Positions 1-10,318 of a stretch of 64,000 bases of DNA are shown one piece after another. Location: IMG/VR virus record IMGVR_UViG_2565956624_000008, one strand, 5' to 3'. Every line of letters begins with the position of its first letter. The first letter of the stretch is position 1. A program made the position numbers and the translations under genes. The notes below the pieces were generated by a model. It made no database searches. It was not told the origin of the DNA and worked only from the letters and a program-made list of their open reading frames with translations. This stretch comes from a virus (taxonomy: Duplodnaviria > Heunggongvirae > Uroviricota > Caudoviricetes).

Positions 1-730
1 CCTTGACAGCTTTCGGTGTGGCGGCCAGCACTTCGGACGTACTGTTAGTGGCACTACTGAGCTGAACTAATCCCTTTTGCGTTGTGCTTGCATCCTGCGC
101 CGTATACTTGCTTTTCGCCAGATCGTAGGCTTTTTTAACTGCCAGCGAACTCGCAGCAACATCACTTCTGGTACTGGTTACAGAGTCTGAAATATCAATG
201 CCGATCGTGCGGTTGATACGCTCGGATGTATCAATCATCTCTTGAGTAATGGTAGATACGCCAGCAGGGATATTCACCGTACAAACCAGCAGTTCCCCAT
301 CACCTAACTGATATGAATCGGTATAGGTTCTGGCAACAAATTCAGCTGCATGAATATGTGACGCGGTATTCACCTGATAGGTATCTTCTCCAAGAAGGTA
401 TCTTCCCTTCAGCACAATTGCATATTTCTTGCCTGCGTTAAGTGCAAGAGAGATATCCTTACGATGCTGAATAGTTACCTGGTAGAATTCACCAATATCC
501 ACTGACGCCGCGCCAGCGGTTTTATCTCCATCCACTGAGGTGATTAACAGGTTCATCCCACCGCCAGGCTTAGGCAAGAAACCAGCATAAAATCCCGGGT
601 CAACAATTCCCCTGAATTTTCGGTTTAGAGCGGCTGACAGATATGGTTCGTGGTATTGCACATCAGCCACCAGAGCCAACGACTCGGGTGATGGGTAAGT
701 AACCGATGTAACAACTGTAACGTCATTCAT
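1..730 (-). CDS. S: Tail fibre protein, N-terminal part (ORF runs off the window start)
   Basis: Hand-read minus-strand ORF not in the track; ATG ~730 with AGGA RBS; product contains a QKGLVQLSSATNSTSEVLAATPKAVK-type segment typical of myovirus tail-fibre N-termini; lies directly downstream of R as in P1. Confidence 0.55.
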   Translation of the reverse strand, partial: MNDVTVVTSVTYPSPESLALVADVQYHEPYLSAALNRKFRGIVDPGFYAGFLPKPGGGMNLLITSVDGDKTAGAASVDIGEFYQVTIQHRKDISLALNAGKKYAIVLKGRYLLGEDTYQVNTASHIHAAEFVARTYTDSYQLGDGELLVCTVNIPAGVSTITQEMIDTSERINRTIGIDISDSVTSTRSDVAASSLAVKKAYDLAKSKYTAQDASTTQKGLVQLSSATNSTSEVLAATPKAVK

Positions 731-741
731 CAAGCATATCC

Positions 742-1176
742 TTATGCTGTAGTCGAGTTTATGGCCATAACTGCGGTATATGTTTTGCCCACATACAGCG
801 AGTCTTCCTGGACACAAATAATGGCGATTGGCTTATTCTCGTTATCCAGAACAACCAGAGTGTTGAATGGGTAGTTTTTCCCTTCCTGCAACTGACTTTG
901 ATCAAGGTCCATTCGGACAGTAATTATCCCGCCTGAGTAGGTTGGGACGAGGTTGATGGTGCAAAATTGACTGGTCAGTTCTGCCAGATCGAAAGCCTTT
1001 GGCAGTTCTCCAATCTCATAAGTGCCATCTCCTTTCTTAGTAACCAGTGAACTGGTACCGAAAACGGCCTTGCTGATTAAAAATCGAGAGCCTTTGTTAA
1101 TGGACGATTCAGCGCGCCGCTGATAGTAATAGTCCAACAACTGACTCTTATAGAGGTTTGTTGAGACGTCAGACAT
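742..1176 (-). CDS. R: Tail-fibre-associated structural protein (P1 R position)
   Basis: 144-aa ORF immediately upstream of the tail-fibre gene in the same orientation; assignment by synteny. Confidence 0.4.
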   Translation of the reverse strand: MSDVSTNLYKSQLLDYYYQRRAESSINKGSRFLISKAVFGTSSLVTKKGDGTYEIGELPKAFDLAELTSQFCTINLVPTYSGGIITVRMDLDQSQLQEGKNYPFNTLVVLDNENKPIAIICVQEDSLYVGKTYTAVMAINSTTA

Positions 1177-1254
1177 GATTTTCCCTAATCAATGTTGTGA
1201 AGCCTCATTGTAAGATAAGTAACTTGTCACCCCGCCCTGCGGACGGGGTGATTG

Positions 1255-2094
1255 TCACGCATCGCTATCCAACAGCAAATCATCTGCGCGGGTGCGATCA
1301 AACGTAGGCGTTGCTTTCACAATAGTGCCGCCCGGCGTTGCAGTGATCGGGGCGTTAATCGACGTAACTTCAGTAAGCGAAGTTGTATCCGAAGTTTCAA
1401 ACCAGCAGAATGCTTTTTCGGTATCAGAAATCTCATTCAAAGTGATCATGTCGGCCTGTTCATTTACAACAACCGACAAATAGAGCGTAAGCCCATCAAA
1501 CACTATATGCAGTGGCAGTAGAGGCTTTACGAACTGATTAAACTTTCTGAGAATTTCTTCTGTAATTGCGGACTGATCTATCGTTCCAGTAATACCCATT
1601 GTCCGGGCCAGGTCGTTTATGGGAATACTGATCATTCCTCTGGAAGTCAGAAACATCTCGCCGAATGTGCCGCCGGTGGTTTCCAGTGTGCTTTCTGGAA
1701 TCAGGACCGTGCCATAGGGATGACGTTCAAAGTCCACCGGAGCATATATTGGATCCCATAAAACCGATATACCGTTAAATTCGCGATAAATTGTCTGGTT
1801 TATAGGGCGTTCAGTACCCTTAAAATGGATCTCATCAAACCGCTGTTGTAACAACATCGGAACGGAAGATGAATTCGACGTTCTGATAGTAAAAAACTGG
1901 CCAAGTTCATTTGTCCTAGTCTCCAGATCCTCCTTGCTCATGGAGAAAATAGACTTCCGGTTGGTAATTCGCTCCAACCATGGGTCAACAAAGGTGTCCA
2001 TCATTGACTGAACCAAATCAGCCAATGATTTATAAAGTAATGACTTTTGCTTAGCTGATGTAAGCCGGTTATTAAACCAGGAACGCTGCATCAC
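1255..2094 (-). CDS. Baseplate protein (P1 gene 16 position)
   Basis: 279-aa ORF overlapping the upstream ORF by 4 bp inside the tail-fibre/baseplate operon; synteny only. Confidence 0.35.
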   Translation of the reverse strand: MMQRSWFNNRLTSAKQKSLLYKSLADLVQSMMDTFVDPWLERITNRKSIFSMSKEDLETRTNELGQFFTIRTSNSSSVPMLLQQRFDEIHFKGTERPINQTIYREFNGISVLWDPIYAPVDFERHPYGTVLIPESTLETTGGTFGEMFLTSRGMISIPINDLARTMGITGTIDQSAITEEILRKFNQFVKPLLPLHIVFDGLTLYLSVVVNEQADMITLNEISDTEKAFCWFETSDTTSLTEVTSINAPITATPGGTIVKATPTFDRTRADDLLLDSDA

Positions 2095-3524
2095 TCCTCC
2101 TCATACGAAATATTAAAGGTGGAGTTTTCTGTATCCAGATAAACGAAATCGTAAAAGCCGTTGGACTCATTCCACTCGACAAATTCCAGATAAAAGTCGC
2201 GGAAATAACCCAGCGTTTCGATAAATGCCCAAACGTCTTTTTTCTTGATTAGGATGTACTTGCCGACACGGTTCGGATCAAAGAAAGTTGAGTCACGCCC
2301 AAATTTTGTTTCCAGTGCCGACTTCAGCTCATCAGTCACGTTCTCAATGGTCAGGCTTGCCGATATCCGCCCAGTGATAGTGATCTTAAAGGGGAGTTTT
2401 CTGACCTCTTTATACGAGAATTTCTTGTTCAACTCATTCGGCACCTTCTTAAAGGCAGCCAGGATCACTTCTTCAAGCTCTGACTGGCTTTTGTTTGGAT
2501 GCCATCCTGAAATAAATATCTTATTGATATTCCGAACATTATAAGCACCATCTAATTTCTCTTGCTGGCCTTCGCCCCATGCCTTTACCCAGGACAGTCC
2601 CGGGATGTTACGCACCAAAAAATACGTATAGTCCCCGCCCCATACGACCTGATCATCATAGGCAAGGTAATATTGTGCACGATTACGTGTGATCTCCGTT
2701 GTTTCGGCATCGGTACCTGCGGTTATGGGTGTCGTTGTCTTAACTGAAATCAAATTAGCTAAATTAGCCGCAGAATCGACAGGCGTCAGGTTTTGGCCAG
2801 CAACCAGGGTTATATCTCCGTTGGTGCACCATACCTTAAGTGTAATGGTCGAGCCTTCTGGCGGTATTTGCCCAATTAGCCCATCACCGAATCGAACCCC
2901 CAACTGCTCGGATGGCTTATAAAACTCAACGTAGACCTGGCTTTTACTACCGGCTAACCGGAACATAGTGCTGGAAGACCACTGCGTGGTCTTACCATCG
3001 GTCGTCACGAATACTTCCAGCTTATAGCAGACAGCAGTGAGAGCCTTTGATAACACGACTTCCAGAAATTCTTTGGCTGCCGTAACGGTATATGTCACCT
3101 CCTGGATTTCCAACTGTGCCACTTCTACCGTACCGGTGCCGTCAACCAACCTGCATACATCCATAGTCATGTAAGGGTACTGGTCGTCAGATATTAAAGG
3201 CATATTTTTGGGGATTACCGCTGGGGCATCTTCACTTGTGGCGGTGATCTCAATCATCCCCGATGACGGTGTTGGCTTGGTACCAACGTAACTATTCGTT
3301 TCTGCCGCTGCCAGGATAGAGGAACGCCGCGTCGCGGTCGATATAAAGCCTTCAGCCAGCGCCGCATCGGCATACTGAAAGCACCTGTAGACAATCTGGG
3401 TAATAAACAATGTCAGCATCGAGACAAATTGAGAGCCGACAAACTTCGACCAGAATGAATCTTTCTCGACAAGCTCTTCAAACTCTGCACGAATACTGTC
3501 TTTAGTCGGTGTTGTTTTACTCAT
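2091..3524 (-). CDS. Baseplate wedge protein (BplA-like)
   Basis: 477-aa ORF, translationally coupled to neighbours; position between the gpW-like gene and tail-fibre genes. Confidence 0.4.
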   Translation of the reverse strand: MSKTTPTKDSIRAEFEELVEKDSFWSKFVGSQFVSMLTLFITQIVYRCFQYADAALAEGFISTATRRSSILAAAETNSYVGTKPTPSSGMIEITATSEDAPAVIPKNMPLISDDQYPYMTMDVCRLVDGTGTVEVAQLEIQEVTYTVTAAKEFLEVVLSKALTAVCYKLEVFVTTDGKTTQWSSSTMFRLAGSKSQVYVEFYKPSEQLGVRFGDGLIGQIPPEGSTITLKVWCTNGDITLVAGQNLTPVDSAANLANLISVKTTTPITAGTDAETTEITRNRAQYYLAYDDQVVWGGDYTYFLVRNIPGLSWVKAWGEGQQEKLDGAYNVRNINKIFISGWHPNKSQSELEEVILAAFKKVPNELNKKFSYKEVRKLPFKITITGRISASLTIENVTDELKSALETKFGRDSTFFDPNRVGKYILIKKKDVWAFIETLGYFRDFYLEFVEWNESNGFYDFVYLDTENSTFNISYEEE

Positions 3525-3880
3525 AGCACCACGTCCTGTGTGATAGTTATATCCCTGATACGAATGGATATTTTCAACTTATCAAAAGCATCTCCCTCGG
3601 CTACTGACAAGCCAGAAATCGGTATGTCAGGTAAATCTACCGTCAGTTTTTGCAACAGCATTGCCTCAACCGCAATTTGAACATGCGACAAGTTGGTCGG
3701 TTCGTGTTTAAACAGCGGTAAAACATTGCCCCATGACGGATCTCCGTATACCTCACCCTGATAAGTGTTTAGCCACTCATATAAACGAGCGCCCCAGGCC
3801 TCCTCCTGGGACTCATACGTTTTTACGCCGGATAACTCCAGCGTCAGCAAAGGATCAATTTCGTTATTGTTGGCCATCAA
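3521..3880 (-). CDS. Small baseplate protein (PmgA / gpW-like position)
   Basis: 119-aa ORF whose start overlaps the sit stop (ATGA-type junction). Confidence 0.35.
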   Translation of the reverse strand: MMANNNEIDPLLTLELSGVKTYESQEEAWGARLYEWLNTYQGEVYGDPSWGNVLPLFKHEPTNLSHVQIAVEAMLLQKLTVDLPDIPISGLSVAEGDAFDKLKISIRIRDITITQDVVL

Positions 3881-6800
3881 TCAACTCTCGCGTAGTCATT
3901 CATCAACGGATCATCAATTGACAGTGGTACCGTGCGCATAACGCCCGGCTGAGGCGTGCTGACCTTTACGACAGTTCCCTGGCCTTTCGCCGAGTCTTTG
4001 GTGTGCTCTTCAATCCTGGCAAGCAATGAGGTCATCTGCGCAAACAGCCGCTTCGTTTCACCATCAAGTGAAACGGTATTATCAGCCAACTGCATTGTCG
4101 GCTTGGCACCGGAACCGCCAAGGTCACTAATAACCTGCCCGTCTATCTGCATACGACCGGTTGGTTGCTGCAAATCGTTGGCGGCAGTCGTCACCTGGGA
4201 CGTGGAGGCTGGTTCAGGCGCATTATTTTTCCGCATCCCCGGCGAGTTGCGGAGTTTATCGAATAGTCCATCAATCCCCATTTGTGCGCCGAGATGGTCA
4301 AAGTAACTTGAGTTGTTGGCCACCGGACGCGCCTCTTCAACTGGCATCGGAGTATCAACATACACATTGCCAGCTGCTGTTGCGGTCCCCTTCTCTCGTG
4401 CGCGTTCTTCTAGCGTTCCCTGAACGACTTCCCGACGCATCCCCCGGCCATTCATGAATTTGTTGACCAGATCGTTAACGCCAACAGCATTGCCGATTTT
4501 GTCGACCAGACCGCCTTTCTCAAACGGGCTATCACCAGGGGTAAACGCCAGGCCAGTATACTGATCGATAACAGCGTTATCAGGCAGTGGTCCCCTCACT
4601 CCATATTGCGCCCCACCCTGTGCTCCTGCTCCAGGTGTATAGATTTCACCACCTAAATAGCGAGCACGATGAGTATTGACCTTGATCGCGTACTCACGGT
4701 TTTCTTTCGATAAGTCACCGGTGCCTTTTTTCCACTTATTAATAGTGCCAAACCCAGCATTATATGCAGTGATGGCCTCGTTTAAGTCTCCATTGGCTTG
4801 CTTAAGATACTTGCTCATGAGAAGAGCCGCAGCTTCTGCCGATTTCACAGGATCAAACGATTCACCTTCAGCTAAGCCAGTCTCTTCACGAGCAATCCCC
4901 GTGAACTGAAACATCCCCAGAGCACCGGTTTGGGATTTTGCATACGGATTACCACCAGATTCAGTTGCAGCAATCGCGTAAAGAGTGCCTTCTGGAAGAC
5001 CGTATTTATTCTCTAGTTCGGCAAAATACGGAGCCAACTTATCGAGATTTGCCTTACCTTCAGCGCCAAGACTTCCGACTTTTACATCTAAGTTGCCATT
5101 GTTGTAAGTATCCGCAGCTTTCTGAATGTCATTCCTGGTGCCAGTGGTATTAAGCGACGATGATGACGAGCTATTTTGACCAATAGCTTTATCAATTTTC
5201 TGCAACGCGCTATTGCCCGTTTCTACGGCATTTGCATTGATAATCTGATTGGCAGTTTGTTTAACTGTTTTATTGCTATCTTTCGCTGTGTCCAGTGCCG
5301 CATTTATCACGCGGGTAGCAATATTACTCTGTTTGGCATCGGATTCAGTTTTAGAATCAGACGTCTCCTGGTGGCTATTAACCGGAGCTTTTAACTCCGG
5401 AGTGATTTCTTTCGCATTAGCCTCGCCGATCGGATTGGGTATTTTTGATACAATCATTGCCGCAGGGGTATTTTTAACGGCATCAACCGCTGCATCTAAT
5501 GCTTTACCAGGTAAATTTTTAACCCCATCCCAAATATTACCAGCCGCCTCTTTAATGTGTTTCCCTGGGTTCTTAATGAAATCAATTGCACTATCAATTG
5601 CATCACTGAAAACCTGTTTCAGGTTATCAACAGTAAAGAAGTCTTTGATGGCATCCAGCTTTTCAAGCAGCTTATTAGATGTATCGCTAAACCATGCTGA
5701 AACAGCATCACCAATCTTTGCTGTGTAATCTTCGAACTTGGTAGAAATGGTGTCGCCAAGGTTAGAAATATATGTTTCTAAGTTGGTAATCCCACTATCA
5801 ATGGCCTGGGCAATACTTTCCGTCGAAAATGATTGCAACATATTGCCGATATCCTCAAATCCAAGTGATTTGAGAACCTCACCAATGGCGCTGCTAATAC
5901 CAGATACCAGTCCCCCCATATCAAGAACATTGGCTAACGTATAAGCGGCTTTTTGCTGGAATGATGGCTCTTGTCCTGATTTAAGCCCAAACGCTCGACG
6001 TTGCGCTTCTGTATCATTCCAACCGGTTACCGCATCATAAATACCTCCAGCCACTGTGCCGACTAAGGGAATTGCGCGTAACGCCCCTTTACCAACTGCC
6101 TTTAATCCAAATTTACCTGCTGCCCGGGCAGCCAAATCTCCACCTTCATGGGCGATAGTCTTCTTGCCACCACCGCGTAGCATTCCTACAAGTTTCTTTG
6201 CCCCCAGAGCGCCAAAAGCGAGTGCTCCAGCTTTTTTCAGCATGCCACGCCCCATTAACAACGACGCGACGCCACCGGCCCCCTTCCCTAACAGGCTAAA
6301 TAGTTTGGACAGCAAGCCGCCCTTCTTTTTCCCGGTGTTTTTGGCTATCTGATCAAGGGCGCTGAGAATCTTGTCATTGCCCTCTTTAATTTCGCTGGTC
6401 TGCTCCTGAAGTTCCTGAACCGTCCGTTTTTGGGTGTTAACCTGAACGACATCGGCACTATTTTGCGATTTACGCCTAAAAAAACCTTTTCTACGGCTGT
6501 TATCGTCATTGCCACGAATCACATCGGCAATAGACTTTCTGGCGCCATTAAGCGATCCACCAACTTCTTTTGATATCCCGCCAAGCTCCTTCCCTGCTGC
6601 CCACAATGGACCAGCAACGGCATAACCTAACGCATCGACGGCACGAGTCTCTGAAGGGTTACCTATGCCTTCAGCTACTTTTGACAGTTTTTTTAATAAA
6701 CCTGATTCAGCATTTAGACGCTCATCATCCTCTTTGCGCCTGGCCTTTTCAGCACGTTCAGCACGGGCATCTTCCGCTGCGGCCTTACTCCCTGACTTTC

Positions 6801-7566
6801 CAATAAAACGACCACGCGCATCGCGTTGGTTTTGGCTTTTTTGCGCACCGCCTTTTTGATCGAACATTTCGCGAGCGTGTTCGGCTGCTTCGGTCCGTTG
6901 TGCCTTTATATCCTCTGATATAGCCTTCCTGCGTCTTTTTTTACCCTTTGGTGTAGTTGATTTGGCCTGCTGTTCCTGTTGAGCAATGCCCTCCTGAACT
7001 ACACGAGAAACGTCCCCTAAATTAAGCCGTTTCATTGCGTCAACAATAGGGTCTACTGATGGCGCATTGGCCACAAAGTCTGGCCGGGAATTTTCGATTG
7101 TTCGATTTAATGCCGACACACTGCGAGATACTGGGTCAACCGTTGCAACGCGTTCCCCTTTCAAATCACGAGCGAGTTTGACCGTTTCTAACCGCTGTGC
7201 TTTAACATCCTCTGTTATTGCCTCTCTTCGTCTATTTGGGGGATTGTGCGCTGTTGGTGCAGCCTGCTGTTCACGGTTAGTGACTTTGTCCTCCCGTATA
7301 CGAGAAACGTCCCCTAAATTAAGCCGTTTCATTGCGTCAACAATAGAGTCCACTGATGGCACATTGGTCACAAAGTCAGGACGTGAATTTTCGATTGTGC
7401 GATTTAATGCCGACACACTGCGAGAGACAGGATCAACAGTTGCAACTCGTTCCCCTTTCAAATCTTCAACAGCTTCCCGAATACCTGCAAGCTCTTCCAG
7501 CTCTTTCGCGCTGGCGGTTTCAACTGTCCTTATAACATCGTCAATATTGGCGTTTTTTCTTTCCAT
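3877..7566 (-). CDS. sit: Sit-like tape-measure / injection protein with lytic transglycosylase (SLT) domain
   Basis: 1229-aa ORF; SLT-type motif GNPYAKSQTGALGMFQF; long Ala/Gly/Lys-rich low-complexity stretches; internal 99-aa tandem repeat; position upstream of baseplate genes as in P1. Confidence 0.75.
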   Translation of the reverse strand: MERKNANIDDVIRTVETASAKELEELAGIREAVEDLKGERVATVDPVSRSVSALNRTIENSRPDFVTNVPSVDSIVDAMKRLNLGDVSRIREDKVTNREQQAAPTAHNPPNRRREAITEDVKAQRLETVKLARDLKGERVATVDPVSRSVSALNRTIENSRPDFVANAPSVDPIVDAMKRLNLGDVSRVVQEGIAQQEQQAKSTTPKGKKRRRKAISEDIKAQRTEAAEHAREMFDQKGGAQKSQNQRDARGRFIGKSGSKAAAEDARAERAEKARRKEDDERLNAESGLLKKLSKVAEGIGNPSETRAVDALGYAVAGPLWAAGKELGGISKEVGGSLNGARKSIADVIRGNDDNSRRKGFFRRKSQNSADVVQVNTQKRTVQELQEQTSEIKEGNDKILSALDQIAKNTGKKKGGLLSKLFSLLGKGAGGVASLLMGRGMLKKAGALAFGALGAKKLVGMLRGGGKKTIAHEGGDLAARAAGKFGLKAVGKGALRAIPLVGTVAGGIYDAVTGWNDTEAQRRAFGLKSGQEPSFQQKAAYTLANVLDMGGLVSGISSAIGEVLKSLGFEDIGNMLQSFSTESIAQAIDSGITNLETYISNLGDTISTKFEDYTAKIGDAVSAWFSDTSNKLLEKLDAIKDFFTVDNLKQVFSDAIDSAIDFIKNPGKHIKEAAGNIWDGVKNLPGKALDAAVDAVKNTPAAMIVSKIPNPIGEANAKEITPELKAPVNSHQETSDSKTESDAKQSNIATRVINAALDTAKDSNKTVKQTANQIINANAVETGNSALQKIDKAIGQNSSSSSSLNTTGTRNDIQKAADTYNNGNLDVKVGSLGAEGKANLDKLAPYFAELENKYGLPEGTLYAIAATESGGNPYAKSQTGALGMFQFTGIAREETGLAEGESFDPVKSAEAAALLMSKYLKQANGDLNEAITAYNAGFGTINKWKKGTGDLSKENREYAIKVNTHRARYLGGEIYTPGAGAQGGAQYGVRGPLPDNAVIDQYTGLAFTPGDSPFEKGGLVDKIGNAVGVNDLVNKFMNGRGMRREVVQGTLEERAREKGTATAAGNVYVDTPMPVEEARPVANNSSYFDHLGAQMGIDGLFDKLRNSPGMRKNNAPEPASTSQVTTAANDLQQPTGRMQIDGQVISDLGGSGAKPTMQLADNTVSLDGETKRLFAQMTSLLARIEEHTKDSAKGQGTVVKVSTPQPGVMRTVPLSIDDPLMNDYARVD

Positions 7567-7647
7567 GATCTTATCGCCTACCGTTTCGGTTTAAGTTTTT
7601 CTTCCAGTTTCTCCAACAGGAAAAACGCATAGGATTCAGTAAGCCTT

Positions 7648-8529
7648 TCAGCGTCCTGAATCGGTATACCCCCATACAAAACCAGGTTGGACACTAAGGT
7701 CTGATAGCTTTTCAATCCCCACCTGTGGAATGAAGTCGGTAGCCCGAAAGGGCACCCACAGACGGGTATACGCACCCTCTGTGGACTCCTTTGTATCCTG
7801 GTTTGGGCATTTGTGCGGCGGGAGACGAAGACGCATTTCGCCTTTATCGATGTAGCACGGTAAACCATGTTCGAGCTTTTCATGAGCCAGCCGGATGTGT
7901 GCCGCCAGCTTCATAAATTCAGTATCAATGGCCATCCGTTTGATCGTTTCATAACGACGCTCAGCCTGCTCTTCACGAGTACCGCTAACATCGTTATAAA
8001 GTTCACACTGATAAGCGAATTCCCAAAAACGCAAATCAACGATCGCTTCTTTGAATTCCGCGTCGTCTTCAGGTGGCAATGCTGCTCGGCGCATCTCCAG
8101 CATTTCCATTGCCCAACCATCAAGCGGCACGATACGCCATTGATAAGGCACGCCCTCTACAGACACCTCAATATCGTCAATGAACGGTTCCACTTCCAGG
8201 ACCTGGATATCTTCAGCCAGAGCATTCATATCGCAATCGTAATAATGCTCTTTACCGCAATGTTTACAGGTGTAGGTAAATGTCTCGATCGGTGTTTCGC
8301 GGGAGCCAGTAAATATCCACCATAACGCGGTAATCCGGTCCTGTGCCGTCCATTTCAGTGGATCATGTTTCGCAGCTTCAGCCAGCAAGGCTTTTAAATA
8401 CGCTGTTGTCTGCTGTTCTTGTTCCTCCGGTGTTATCGAGTTGAAACGCATCGCATCAGCAATATTTGGCTGACGGAACTGGATTAATTCAGTTGGCCGC
8501 GATGGTAGCGGGAAAAGGGGTAAAAGCAT
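7648..8529 (-). CDS. Hypothetical late protein with CxxC pair
   Basis: 293-aa ORF upstream of sit; contains YTCKHCGKEHYYDCD. Confidence 0.3.
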   Translation of the reverse strand: MLLPLFPLPSRPTELIQFRQPNIADAMRFNSITPEEQEQQTTAYLKALLAEAAKHDPLKWTAQDRITALWWIFTGSRETPIETFTYTCKHCGKEHYYDCDMNALAEDIQVLEVEPFIDDIEVSVEGVPYQWRIVPLDGWAMEMLEMRRAALPPEDDAEFKEAIVDLRFWEFAYQCELYNDVSGTREEQAERRYETIKRMAIDTEFMKLAAHIRLAHEKLEHGLPCYIDKGEMRLRLPPHKCPNQDTKESTEGAYTRLWVPFRATDFIPQVGIEKLSDLSVQPGFVWGYTDSGR

Positions 8530-8543
8530 CCTTGCTCCTTAAT

Positions 8544-9155
8544 TTAAAGAGAAAAACTAAAGCCCAGAAGGGAAGCCAAAGAACTTGAGGATTGGTTAAA
8601 CGTGCTGTGCAATGCGAAGGTCATTGGGAATGACTTAAATTCCGTGACCTGATCCCGCGCATAGGTGACATCGCCGGTAGTAACCGGGAATACCGTCATC
8701 TCATTTTCCAGTTTGGTTAAACCGGAAGACAGCAACCGATAAATACGCACATTGAGCAAATATTTAGACGGTATATTCCCAGTACCGTCCGGATTGATCA
8801 CCCGACTTTTTGCCGTCTTAAACCAGTCCAAAACGAGGCCATCAACGGTATCCCTGACCATCATTGTTATCTGCCCAGGCGAACGCTCCGTTGGTTGAAG
8901 GATATTCCCTCCGCCGATTTTAATCGTTTCATATTCGATGCTGTAATCGTGGTAGGTAATATCTTTGGCAAAGAAGTCTGCCCCCTCCAGTCCATCAACT
9001 TCGACAGAGAACTGCCATCCTTGCGCGAACAACATTTTGTTCATGATGATTGACGTCAGCTTACCAACTTCCCGCTCACCAACGCCGGAGCCAAATAATG
9101 TCGTCGTTAATGCCGAAGATACATAAGACTTTACTGAAGCAACATTAAGCCCCAT
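8544..9155 (-). CDS. Putative tail structural protein
   Basis: 203-aa ORF in the late operon; beta-rich composition; no motif recognised. Confidence 0.3.
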   Translation of the reverse strand: MGLNVASVKSYVSSALTTTLFGSGVGEREVGKLTSIIMNKMLFAQGWQFSVEVDGLEGADFFAKDITYHDYSIEYETIKIGGGNILQPTERSPGQITMMVRDTVDGLVLDWFKTAKSRVINPDGTGNIPSKYLLNVRIYRLLSSGLTKLENEMTVFPVTTGDVTYARDQVTEFKSFPMTFALHSTFNQSSSSLASLLGFSFSL

Positions 9156-9165
9156 ATCAGCTCCC

Positions 9166-9756
<591 letters not shown>

Positions 9757-9790
9757 TTAACCGATTCTACGAGTAGTCATTTGTGACAGG

Positions 9791-10267
9791 TTATTTTGCG
9801 CGCTTCAGGCAGCCATCTTCAGGTGCCGCGTTGAAAAGCTCTGCGGCCTTACGTAGCGTAAATGTTGCGATTTTTTTTCCGTCTACGTATGCATCGAATG
9901 TTTTAACTTCCATATCAGGGGTATCTGACCAAAAACCATACCAGTAACTATCACCCACAGAGGAACCGATAGAACTGATAGGATATTCATCATCACCAAC
10001 TTTCAGCGTTATTTGTTCTTTTTTAGCATCAAATGACTCACCGCCAGGTTCTGTTTTCATGAGAGTGAGTAGTCGTGTTCCTACTTGATTGGGATCCGTA
10101 TTATTAAATCCAACATCGCACTCAAATGTAAGCGTATAATTATCTTTGCTGGAAACAGCATAAGAGCGAACGCCATGAGTCTCGCTGGTGGACCATTTGC
10201 TTACATTTGCCATTGATGAAAACGGAGTAAGCAAAGCAAGAATTAGAAAATATCGTTTGATGCGCAT
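9791..10267 (-). CDS. Secreted protein (signal peptide)
   Basis: N-terminus MRIKRYFLILALLTPFSSMA is a typical Sec signal; 158 aa. Confidence 0.4.
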   Translation of the reverse strand: MRIKRYFLILALLTPFSSMANVSKWSTSETHGVRSYAVSSKDNYTLTFECDVGFNNTDPNQVGTRLLTLMKTEPGGESFDAKKEQITLKVGDDEYPISSIGSSVGDSYWYGFWSDTPDMEVKTFDAYVDGKKIATFTLRKAAELFNAAPEDGCLKRAK

Positions 10268-10318
10268 TAATTTATCTCCTTTGGATATTAATATTTTAAT
10301 TAGTTAACCACCATATAT

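Noticed and set aside
3956-7594. Many plus-strand ORFs (for example 5249..5728, 7067..7594) inside the sit region
   Set aside because: They are antisense shadow frames of the 1229-aa sit ORF with low-complexity translations and no RBS context; 7067..7594 merely mirrors the sit tandem repeat.
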